From an uncultured Cytophagales bacterium (GTDB taxonomy: Bacteria > Bacteroidota > Bacteroidia > Cytophagales > 172606-1), in contig CADCTQ010000208.1 of the NCBI GenBank assembly GCA_902805615.1, positions 3,574 to 67,573 of the forward strand: a stretch of DNA of 64,000 bases. Reading direction: 5' to 3'. Positions within the stretch are counted from its first letter, which is position 1, and every line of letters begins with the position of its first letter. The notes below the pieces were generated by a model. The model was not told the origin of the DNA. It saw only the letters and a list, made by a program, of their open reading frames with translations, and did no database searches. This document shows positions 29,501 to 36,434 of this stretch, in pieces. Position numbers and translations under genes: made by a program.

Positions 29501-32289
29501 GGCTCAGCGCGGCGATCCACCCCACCGACGACCAGGCGTTTACGCTGAACCGGTTGCTGCACCTGAGAAAGCACAATCCGAAGGCCGCCGACAAACTGTA
29601 CCAGTTGCCCAATGGCATGGTCGTCTGTCATAACAACAAGAACGAAACGGACCTGGTGTATTTCGAAATTTTTGAAGACCTCACCTATCTCAAATACGGC
29701 ATCGAGATCAACGCCGGGGACGTGGTCGTTGATGTCGGGGCCAACATCGGTCTTTTTTCATTGTTCGTAGGCAACCATTTCCCCGGCACCAAAATCTACA
29801 GTTTTGAACCGGTGGCACCCGTGTATGAGGTGCTTAAAGTAAATTTATCGCTGTACGACATCCAGGCGACTCCTTTCAATGCCGGCATGGGCGATAAGCG
29901 CGAAAAAGTAACCTTTCAGTACTATCCCAACAACACCGTTTTATCGGGGCGTTTCGGCAGCGCGGACGAAAAGGTGAACGTCAAGAAGTACGTTCAAAAC
30001 CGCGCCGCCTTCGACCGGCTCAGTATTTCCGATGACCAAATCGACGCCCTGATTGAAGAACGGGTGCTGTCGGAAGAAGTGGAATGTGAGCTGACGGCCT
30101 TGTCCGACTTTATCCGTGAGCAATCCCTGACCTGCATCGACCTGCTTAAGATCGACGCCGAGAAAAGCGAGCTGAACATCATCCGGGGCATCCGCGAAGA
30201 GGATTGGCGCAAGATAAAGCAGGTCCTCATCGAGGTGCACGACATCGGCGACAGCATCAGTGAAATAGAATTCATCCTGAGGGCGCAAGGCTTCCAGGTT
30301 CAGCGGGACCAGGACGACCTGCTGCAAGGCACCGACATCTACAACCTGTATGCCTCCCGCAAGCCGCTTAAAGACAAACACGCCGTACTAACACCCGCCA
30401 AAGCATTCAATGCAAACGGCAACTGGACCCTCGGCGATGCCCTTATCAATGAGCTGAAGGCTTTCTGCAAGGACTACCTGCCGGAATACATGATTCCGTC
30501 CCAATTCGTTCTGGTGGATCACATTCCGCTGACGGCCAACGGCAAGCTCGACCTGAAGGCCATTGGCGCAATGGAAACGCCGCAACCGCCCACCGTGGAC
30601 GAAGGGTACGCGACCTGGACCCATACCCAGAAGGTCCTGGCGGCGATCTGGACCGGGATTGTTGGCAAGCAGCACGTCAAATTATCGGACGACTTTTTCA
30701 AAATCGGCGGGCATTCCCTGAACTCGGTTCAGTTGATTGCCAGGATTCAACACCACTTCAACAAGGTGCTTTCGGTAGCGGATGTGTTTAAGCACTCCAC
30801 CCTGGAGCAGCTTTCCCGAATCGTTGAGGCAAAACCGGCGTCGGCTTCCAATCCGATAACCCCCATTGAGGAGCAGGAGTTTTATGAGATGTCTCACACC
30901 CAGAAAAGGATCTGGCTGTCGAGCCAACTGGAAGAAAACCGCCTCATCTACAATATACTCTCGGCGCACGAAATCAAGGGGCTCAACGTGGACGCTTTCA
31001 TGCGGGCCCTGTCGTGCATCATCCTCCGGCACGAGATCCTGCGGACCACTTTTAAGGAGTTGAACGGGGCACCCCGGCAGTTCGTCAACCGTGCCCCGCA
31101 GCCGGCCAGTTACGTGTGCACGATCAAACTACCCGCTGAACAGCGGAGAGAGCTGATCAAAGCTGAAGCGGCCCGGTTGTTTGACCTGGAAAACGGACCG
31201 CTGTTACACGTTACCATTGCCGATGCGGGCAACGACAGCCACCTGGTCGTGCTGACGATGCACCACATCATCAGTGACGGATGGTCCTTGGACGTTTTCT
31301 TTAAGGAGTTCATTGCCTTGTATGACCTGATCGTGGATGGAAAAGAAAAAGCAATGATCCCCCTGCGCATCCACTACAAGGACTACACGGCGTGGCAGAA
31401 AGCGCAACTGAACGGGGAGGTTTTTGAGCGGCTCGGGTTGTTCTGGCACCACAAACTAGGCAAACAGATCGTGGCGCTGAATTTCACGCCGGATTTTCCA
31501 AGGCCGGCCATCCAGACCTTCAACGCGAACAGGATATCAATGGTGCTCGACAGCGAGCTGACCCGGCAGATCAGGAGTTTTACGCGCACACGTGACACTA
31601 CTCTGTTCATGATGTTCACTTCGGTCATGTACATCCTGTTCCGCTACTACACCGGGGAAGATGACATCATCATCGGAACGCCGGTGGGAGGCCGGGAGAA
31701 CCTGGCCCTCGAAAATCAGATCGGTCCGTACATCAATACGTTGCCCGTACGCTTCCGGACCGACGTGCAGGCAGATTTCGAGCAGCACCTCAAAAATGTG
31801 CGCGCGGATATTTTGTCGATGTACGATCACCAGGCTTACCCGTTCGATCTGATGCTGAATGCGCCCGGGGTGACCATTGACCGGGCGCGGTCGCCCCTGT
31901 TCGACGTAGGGTTTACCTGGCAGAATACCGACGGGATTTCGGGCGAATCAGCGTACAAAGCCCACCGGTCCCTGGAGATTGAGGGGGTAGAAGTACAGGC
32001 AGAAAGGGTTAAGACCGACTTCTGGTTCCACGCCTGGGAGGAGGGGGAGTCGGTAGTTTTCAGTCTCATGTACAACGCCAATCTGTACAAAAAGGCCACG
32101 TGCGAAAACCTGCTGAGCGATTACAGAACGTTGATTACCCAGCTCATCCTCAAGCCCGGGGTTCCGGTTGAAGACCAGTTGGACGGATTGCGCCAGAAAA
32201 AACTGGATCGGCAATCGGCCGCGGCGCACAGTGCCTACAACAGCAACCTGCAGAAGCTATTGCAGTTTACCACAACCCAGAAAGACTAA
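23401..32289 (+). CDS. NRPS-3: docking-C-A-T-C-A(FkbM-type MT insert)-T-C
   Basis: 2962-aa ORF. Its ATG overlaps the NRPS-2 stop (ATGA at 23401-23404). Motifs, in order:
- C: HHIVMDGWS
- A: YTSGSTGYPKGVLVEH
- T: LGGHSLKA
- C: HHIIADGWS
- A: YTSGTTGTPKG, interrupted by a methyltransferase domain
- T: IGGHSLNS
- terminal C: HHIISDGWS
Hand-extracted codes: DAFWLGGTFK (Val-type) and DLTKIGEIGK (Asp/Asn-type). Confidence 0.97.
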   Translation: MTESQLIDALIAAGIKVQLLNNDQIKITVPDGPYDKELLEKLRRQKSGVVEYLKKIGRRRAGARVLAIEEQEYYKLSNAQQRVWLKARLSNQESIVHNSPLSYKIKGLDKNAFAYAFRQLIHRHEILRTTFITVAGQPRQKVHDSASFYCRIGEADLRCDPDQEQSLNRLMAREINARFDLGQGPLVRATLVQVEDDEHVFLLVMHHIVMDGWSLAVIVNELLALYQAYCLQREDPLPQLQLQYKDFVHWQHRAITQEDEAYWLGEITGDVPRLALPSDFPRGNPSKFNGGQVRVLVPARQVGTLRTFATARSTSLSTVVYSVFSILLARLSNQPQFLVGVANANRNHLDLEHLVGFFVNTLLIRNTIDESCSFEAYVDQVTQRMLNALQHQNYPVDLLVEKLNPERTADHQSFFNVVFSFQNFGDLRLPAGNANDTAATLRIEAFRNDFDSMEFDLVFTVMESDGGLWVSLRYDKDAFSAASVERWAGMFMKLVAQVCDSMPAGRLRLADLSVLAPDEHERLVNAFNDNRTAYPRTATVPGLFREVVAKHGDKPALQYRGKVCTYQELEDRSNQVANLLHQHQVQTEDRVLLLMDPSDEAIAILLGILKAGGAYVFINPDYPVRRINYIAEDTGARIIFSEKKYLPLIGEMQKSGNAPGTVVYVDDEADLAHLNGRDTRYAPPVVTGDCLAYITYTSGSTGYPKGVLVEHRGVVRLVRQTNYIDIRDTDTVAQTAPIAFDASTFEIWGALLNGAKLHLLDPHALLNAKLLRSFMRDNGITICWLTSSLFNRLADLDVEIFAPLRTLLVGGEALSAAHVNKVLGAHKALTLINGYGPTENTTFSSCWPVEREYAADIPIGRPVANSQCYVLDDARRVQPIGVVGELFVGGDGLARGYLNAPELTHAKFIRSPFGGGERLYSTGDQVRWTEAGILEYKGRRDQQVKIRGFRIELKEVEAVIKRIPGVREAVVVEDRDQDQEKYLQGYFTSPEHLSPNDVRKQIAGFLPAYMVPAQMLQVDAIPLLPNGKADHRALRNLRLQLKYDLAGDIQLSSTETTLRAIWENMLDRKNIRPEDDFFELGGHSLKAVMVAALVSKELGIDVDMSALFKHTTIRALGRALDAQIPQRGHEAIPGIEEQAHYPLSHAQKRLWVLEHAGTGTSAYNMGFAFLLRGADYAVLAGALQRVVARHEILRTVFKVIDGEPRQRVLPPDVPFRVPCVDLGHLADGISLARESVKRDADTLFDLENGPLLRAKLIRVDDHAHVLFLGMHHIIADGWSMDVLFKEIASSYNAILTGEPLTLDPLAVQYKDFTVWQNKQLSDDHFSAHRQYWLDTFRGDIPVLPLTTDRPRPARQTYHGDKVSIDLEPALCDQLKAMGVERSASLFMLLLASVKTFLLRYTGQEDIVVGTVTAGRSHVGLNNQIGYYLNTLPLRTRLSGRDTFLDAVGKVRKATLDAFNHEGYPFDKLVRELALDRDPGRFPLFDVLVALQNAPDASASYPMHNVQVSAFDFGATQHSKFDLSFIFSEQGPAVTCAVEYNTDLFDPNRIERLARHYLQFLRAVLASPEAAVAALAYTTGTERRQLVQQFCGGEAVAVPNSFIETFEQRVAAHPQRAAIRYQDRSISYEALNAAANKVANHFRQQYGIRPDDLVGVMVERSPELIIALLAILKCRAAFVALETAFPRKRMEYMLSDTGIGLLVTGSDNLFNLDFFQGNLFCIDLELPQLASSAENPAADQTENPLAYVLYTSGTTGTPKGVQIGAASLMNYLQWANKRYLGDLDKAVFAVFSPVTFDLTLTSIFAPLAGGHTLRIFPHHLPVNEVLSEVFGHGSDVAVVKLTPSHLDLLNLLDLPETDVKNVIVGGEALLDRHVQTLRKLNPSVKIFNEYGPTETTIGCTVAEVLGQIHIGRPIDNTNIYILDADLQLAAVGVPGEICIGGAAVGEGYLNRAELTQQKFIAYAGEDGRTDRLYRSGDMGYWTPGGDIRLMGRKDAQVKVRGFRIETAEVERVLVNHPAVALAHVYVTKDATREPRLSAAIHPTDDQAFTLNRLLHLRKHNPKAADKLYQLPNGMVVCHNNKNETDLVYFEIFEDLTYLKYGIEINAGDVVVDVGANIGLFSLFVGNHFPGTKIYSFEPVAPVYEVLKVNLSLYDIQATPFNAGMGDKREKVTFQYYPNNTVLSGRFGSADEKVNVKKYVQNRAAFDRLSISDDQIDALIEERVLSEEVECELTALSDFIREQSLTCIDLLKIDAEKSELNIIRGIREEDWRKIKQVLIEVHDIGDSISEIEFILRAQGFQVQRDQDDLLQGTDIYNLYASRKPLKDKHAVLTPAKAFNANGNWTLGDALINELKAFCKDYLPEYMIPSQFVLVDHIPLTANGKLDLKAIGAMETPQPPTVDEGYATWTHTQKVLAAIWTGIVGKQHVKLSDDFFKIGGHSLNSVQLIARIQHHFNKVLSVADVFKHSTLEQLSRIVEAKPASASNPITPIEEQEFYEMSHTQKRIWLSSQLEENRLIYNILSAHEIKGLNVDAFMRALSCIILRHEILRTTFKELNGAPRQFVNRAPQPASYVCTIKLPAEQRRELIKAEAARLFDLENGPLLHVTIADAGNDSHLVVLTMHHIISDGWSLDVFFKEFIALYDLIVDGKEKAMIPLRIHYKDYTAWQKAQLNGEVFERLGLFWHHKLGKQIVALNFTPDFPRPAIQTFNANRISMVLDSELTRQIRSFTRTRDTTLFMMFTSVMYILFRYYTGEDDIIIGTPVGGRENLALENQIGPYINTLPVRFRTDVQADFEQHLKNVRADILSMYDHQAYPFDLMLNAPGVTIDRARSPLFDVGFTWQNTDGISGESAYKAHRSLEIEGVEVQAERVKTDFWFHAWEEGESVVFSLMYNANLYKKATCENLLSDYRTLITQLILKPGVPVEDQLDGLRQKKLDRQSAAAHSAYNSNLQKLLQFTTTQKD
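29500..30440 (+). other. FkbM-family (Methyltransf_21-like) methyltransferase domain inserted between A8 and A9 of the NRPS-3 second A domain
   Basis: About 300 aa lie between A8 (GRKDAQVKVRGFRIETAEVE, ~29365-29425) and A9/A10 (LPEYMIP at 30478-30498; NGKLD). The insert contains VVDVGANIGLFS (29722-29757), KIYSFEPV and IDLLKIDAEKSELNIIRG, the FkbM-type signature. Confidence 0.85.
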
Positions 32290-32378
32290 TACCCATTCGT
32301 TGTCGGTTGCTGGCAATGACCAGGTTTTCAACGACGGCAGTCCGGTCAGGTACGCAATTCTAAATTCATTTCATACTG

Positions 32379-32789
32379 ATGCATACGATGAAAAAGAAAG
32401 CCTATATCGCTCTTTCGAAAATACCGAGCGCCGGCAATGGACTATTCGCCAAAATGATTATTCGGCCCAACGAACTGATCGAAGACAACGCAGTCGCAGT
32501 CACGCGTTACGACAACCCTACCGCCCTGCGCCTGATGAAAGAGTTTAACCTCAACTACGTGGAAGACCAGTACCTGGCCTTCGAATGGGGGGAGCGGGAA
32601 AAGTACCTGACGTTCTGCCAGGGACTGATCCAGTACGTGAATCATTCGGACGCACCCAATACCCGGGTGGAGCGTGACTACGTGAATAACCGGCTCAGGC
32701 TTTACTCGTTGCGCGAAATTTCAAAAGACGAAGAATTTACGCACTACTACGTGGACCGCGACGAATACATCAAAAACAACAAGTTCTGA
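32379..32789 (+). CDS. SET-domain protein (putative protein/peptide lysine methyltransferase-like)
   Basis: 136 aa. SET hallmarks: IPSAGNGLFAKMIIRPNELI (GxG region), YVNHSDAPNTRV (NHSxxPN) and REISKDEEFTHYY (EELxxxY). Alternative start at 32388 (MKKK). Confidence 0.75.
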   Translation: MHTMKKKAYIALSKIPSAGNGLFAKMIIRPNELIEDNAVAVTRYDNPTALRLMKEFNLNYVEDQYLAFEWGEREKYLTFCQGLIQYVNHSDAPNTRVERDYVNNRLRLYSLREISKDEEFTHYYVDRDEYIKNNKF

Positions 32790-32796
32790 CTGTTGA

Positions 32797-32824
32797 GTAC
32801 CCGGACGAAATCCGTTCGGGGTAC
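32797..32824 (+). terminator. imperfect GC-rich stem-loop just after the SET gene stop (possible terminator or attenuator)
   Basis: GTACCCGGACG-aaat-CCGTTCGGGGTAC: 6 bp plus 5 bp of pairing with one bulge and one G-U pair, 8 nt after the TGA at 32787-32789. No U-tract follows. Confidence 0.3.
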
Positions 32825-32923
32825 AATCAGCAGTGCTCCGTTGCTTGCTATTGCGCTGCTATCCGAACAACGAACCACTCGTAACCAGCAACTAAACCTT
32901 GAACCAGTAGTCCTTCTGAAATT

Positions 32924-34549
32924 ATGGATATGGAACAGCAACTCTTCTTAAAACCCAATGTAGTCATCGAACCTTTGTTTGATAAATGGTACGCCTGGCC
33001 TCACCTGATTTCGCCCGCCACTGCCGCACTCAACATCCTTGACCGGCATTTGAAAATCATGAACTCATACGTTCAGGCGCCCCAGATCCACGCCGCGGCG
33101 GTTAAGAATCCGAAGATGTTGGGAGGGCCGTTCATGGACCTGGGCGGCAAGCGCGTGGAGGAAGTAAAGGAACTGAAAGCCAACACCCTGGCGCGGCAGC
33201 AGGACCTTATTGAACTGGCCCATGCCATCAAGCAACTCAATAAAATGCTGAAGGAGTCGGCAAAGGGCTATTCGTTGGAAGGTTTGTACGAAAAAGTCCC
33301 TGATCCCCTGAAAGGGTACGTTGAACTGGTGTATGACCTGAACCACAATCCCTCGTTCAGATTCTACGAAAGCCTGTTGTACAACAGCAAGTATTATAAA
33401 CCATCGTCGCAGAGCGTTGCCCTGTGGCTGACCGAAAACGACGAACGTCCCTTCGTGTTAAGTACGCCCCGGCTGCCCGACGACAAGGTACTGCACCTGG
33501 ACATGCCGTTCGCCCACCCCGGCATTGATGAATTGTCGAAGATGAGGCGGCTGCCCAACACCTTGTCGCACATCCGTAAAGTGTTGCCGCTTTCCGGAAA
33601 GGATGAAAAACTGCTGGAGACTTTTTTTACGACCGATCCCTACATTCCTTACAAAAAATACGAGGGCGACAGCATCAGGATGCGCTACTTCGGGCACGCC
33701 TGTATTCTTATCGAGACGAAAGATGTCTCCGTGCTGGTGGACCCGTTGATCAGCTATTACGGGTACATGAGCAGTATCAATCATTTTTCCGACTACGACC
33801 TTCCCGATACCATTGACTACGTGCTCATCACGCATAACCACCAGGACCACATCCTCTTCGAGACGCTGCTTCCGCTAAGGCACCGGATCAAGCACCTGGT
33901 GGTGCCGAGAACAACCAGTGGCGCGTTGCAGGACCCCAACCTCAAATACATGTTCAACGCCATTGGCTTCCGCAACGTCATTGAGATCGGCGACATGGAG
34001 CAACTCACTTTCAGTGATTGCGTGATCACGGGTATTCCTTTCATCGGTGAGCACAGTGACCTGAACATCCAGGCTAAAATCTGTCACCACATCAGGATCG
34101 GCCAGTTCTCGGTGCTGTTCGTGGCTGATTCCTGCAACATCGAACCGCGGTTGTACCAGCACATTCACGCCCAGACGGGAGACGTTGACGTCTTATTCCT
34201 CGGAATGGAGTGTGAGGGGGCGCCGCTTTCCTGGTTATACGGTCCATTGCTGCCCGAGGAAATGGAACGCGACAAGGATTTTTCAAGAACACTGTCAGGC
34301 TCCAATTTCAAGCGGGGAAAGGCGCTGGTAGACGTCTTCAACCCCCGTGAGGTGTACGTCTACGCCATGGGACTGGAGCCCTGGCTGGAGTTCATCAGCA
34401 GCAAACGGTACACCGACCAGGACCACCCAATCAAGGAGTCAGGAAACCTGGTGACCTATTGCAGAAGCAAAAATATCGTTTCTGAACGCCTGTTCGGGGA
34501 GAAAGAGCTGATGCGTGAAAAATACCTTGAACCCGCGCTGGTGAACTAG
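32924..34549 (+). CDS. CmlA-like non-heme diiron beta-hydroxylase (metallo-beta-lactamase fold) for carrier-bound amino acids
   Basis: 541 aa, close to the CmlA length class. It has an N-terminal non-MBL domain followed by an MBL-fold core with FGHACILIE, VLITHNHQDH (HxHxDH), IGEHSD and FVADSC. Confidence 0.75.
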   Translation: MDMEQQLFLKPNVVIEPLFDKWYAWPHLISPATAALNILDRHLKIMNSYVQAPQIHAAAVKNPKMLGGPFMDLGGKRVEEVKELKANTLARQQDLIELAHAIKQLNKMLKESAKGYSLEGLYEKVPDPLKGYVELVYDLNHNPSFRFYESLLYNSKYYKPSSQSVALWLTENDERPFVLSTPRLPDDKVLHLDMPFAHPGIDELSKMRRLPNTLSHIRKVLPLSGKDEKLLETFFTTDPYIPYKKYEGDSIRMRYFGHACILIETKDVSVLVDPLISYYGYMSSINHFSDYDLPDTIDYVLITHNHQDHILFETLLPLRHRIKHLVVPRTTSGALQDPNLKYMFNAIGFRNVIEIGDMEQLTFSDCVITGIPFIGEHSDLNIQAKICHHIRIGQFSVLFVADSCNIEPRLYQHIHAQTGDVDVLFLGMECEGAPLSWLYGPLLPEEMERDKDFSRTLSGSNFKRGKALVDVFNPREVYVYAMGLEPWLEFISSKRYTDQDHPIKESGNLVTYCRSKNIVSERLFGEKELMREKYLEPALVN

Positions 34550-34597
34550 CACCTTTGGCCGTGAACGAATTCTTCGCCTGACTCTAAAACAAGCACT

Positions 34598-36319
34598 ATG
34601 ACAATTTGCGGAATAAAGTTGACTCACGATGGGGCAATTGCGCTTATCGATAACGGGAAGTTGATTTTTTCCATTGAAATGGAAAAACTTGACAACAACA
34701 AGCGCCACGCAGCTTTTAACCTGACGCTTGAAAAGATCAACGCCCTGATGGGCGAGTACGGGTACAGCCTGGACGAGCTGGACCGCCTGGTGATCGACGG
34801 CTGGGGCAATGAGCTGAACCCCGCCGGCGACGGAAGCAAAAACTATTCACTGGACGTGAGTTTGCGGGGAACCGACAAACTGACCATCGGCCTGGCCTCG
34901 TACGGCCACTTGGTGGCCGATGAAGACCTGCTCAAAGGCTTGGCCTTTCATTACAACGTGGATGGATTTGAGCTGAGATACAACAGCTACCCGCACGCCG
35001 CCGGGCACATCTTAGGCGCTTATTGTACAAGCCCCTTTGCCAGTCGGAACGAAGATTCCTTCGTGTTGGTCTGGGATGGCGGCATGCCCCCGCAGCTTTT
35101 TTACTACCGGTGTCAAGAAAATAAAGTAGAAAATCTCGGCCCGTTATTCCTGCTGATGGGATTCATCTACATTAATTTTCCCCATGCGTTCGAACCCTTC
35201 AGCAAGTTGCCCAAGGACCTCTCGATTGCCGGCAAAGCCATGGCCTACATCGCACTCGGCAACGTGCAGGGTGAACTGTTACAAGTGTACAGGCAAACGT
35301 TCGCAGCGGTGCTCAACGAGGCGAAAGACCTGCGGGTGACGCCCGAGCTGTGCGTCATTGTAACGCAGGAATTCATTAAAAACGCCACGACCCCCGCAAT
35401 CAGGAGCCAGTATACGTCGGATGACATGCTCACCACCTTTCACGCCTTCATGGAAGAATTGCTGGTTGAAAGCATCGGACGGAAAGTAAAGGACTATCCC
35501 GGCTATAAAAGGAATCTGTGTTTTGCCGGAGGATGCGCCTTGAACATAAAATGGAACAGCGCCCTGCGCGAAAGCAAGCTCTTTGAAGGCGTGTGGGTGC
35601 CGCCTTTTCCCAACGATGCGGGCAGCGCCATCGGTACCGCGTGCTGCGAGATGGTCAATCAGGGTATGCGCAGCCTGGCGTGGAACGTATACAGCGGGCC
35701 GGCCCTGAGGGTATCCGGGATGGACCAAGGCTGGCAAGCGGCCAAGTGCTCCGTTGAAGAACTGGCACGTATGCTGCACGAAGTAGGAGAGCCGGTCGTC
35801 GTCCTGAACGGACGGGCAGAACTAGGCCCGCGTGCGCTTGGGAACCGAAGCATTGTAGCGCCGGCGACTGACTTTGGCATGAAGCAACTCCTGAACACAA
35901 TCAAGGTCCGGGAGCATTACCGTCCCGTGGCTCCGATCTGCCTGGAGCAGGATGCACCCGCCATTTTTGACCCGGGTTCCCCCGACCCTTTCATGTTATA
36001 CGACCATTTGGTGAGGCCGGATTGGCTGGCAAAGATCCCGGCCGTGTGTCACCTGGACCAGACGGCCCGCCTGCAAACGGTAAACGCTGCCGATAACCCG
36101 GTCATTTATAACTTGCTGACCTGTTACAAGGCGCTCAGCGGAATTCCCCTGTTGTGTAACACCAGCGCCAACTTCAAAGGGAAAGGTTTTTTTCCCGATG
36201 CCGAAAGCGCGATGACGTGGGGAATGGTCAACTACGTTTGGAGTGAGGGCATTCTGTTCACGAAAGCCGGAAAAGACCAATGGACGGCAGTAAGTCGGCT
36301 GCAATCAGAAAAAATATAA
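34598..36319 (+). CDS. NodU/CmcH-family carbamoyltransferase
   Basis: 573 aa. Motifs: MTICGIKLTHDGAIALIDNGKLIFSIEMEKLDNNKRH (N-terminal motif), FAGGCALNIKWN, GRAELGPRALGNRSI, KVREHYRPVAP, HLDQTARLQTV and LCNTSANFKG. Confidence 0.9.
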   Translation: MTICGIKLTHDGAIALIDNGKLIFSIEMEKLDNNKRHAAFNLTLEKINALMGEYGYSLDELDRLVIDGWGNELNPAGDGSKNYSLDVSLRGTDKLTIGLASYGHLVADEDLLKGLAFHYNVDGFELRYNSYPHAAGHILGAYCTSPFASRNEDSFVLVWDGGMPPQLFYYRCQENKVENLGPLFLLMGFIYINFPHAFEPFSKLPKDLSIAGKAMAYIALGNVQGELLQVYRQTFAAVLNEAKDLRVTPELCVIVTQEFIKNATTPAIRSQYTSDDMLTTFHAFMEELLVESIGRKVKDYPGYKRNLCFAGGCALNIKWNSALRESKLFEGVWVPPFPNDAGSAIGTACCEMVNQGMRSLAWNVYSGPALRVSGMDQGWQAAKCSVEELARMLHEVGEPVVVLNGRAELGPRALGNRSIVAPATDFGMKQLLNTIKVREHYRPVAPICLEQDAPAIFDPGSPDPFMLYDHLVRPDWLAKIPAVCHLDQTARLQTVNAADNPVIYNLLTCYKALSGIPLLCNTSANFKGKGFFPDAESAMTWGMVNYVWSEGILFTKAGKDQWTAVSRLQSEKI

Positions 36320-36434
36320 CGTTCCGGCGTTTGCCGCCGGCACATGCGGCTGCTTCACGCCGTCCGGGCGCCGGCCACACTGCCAAAACAGTGCCGGGCT
36401 CCCGCAGTCTGCTGAATTACTAAAATCAAGTGAA

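Noticed and set aside
32168-32548. 126-aa plus-strand ORF bridging the end of NRPS-3 and the start of the SET gene.
   Set aside because: It is out of frame with both well-supported neighbours and has no recognisable motif. The SET frame explains 32379-32789 better.
36324-36340. Short hairpin CCGGCG-tttgc-CGCCGG, 5 nt after the carbamoyltransferase stop.
   Set aside because: The stem is only 6 bp with no U-tract, and such GC palindromes are frequent in GC-rich DNA. It is not enough to call a terminator.
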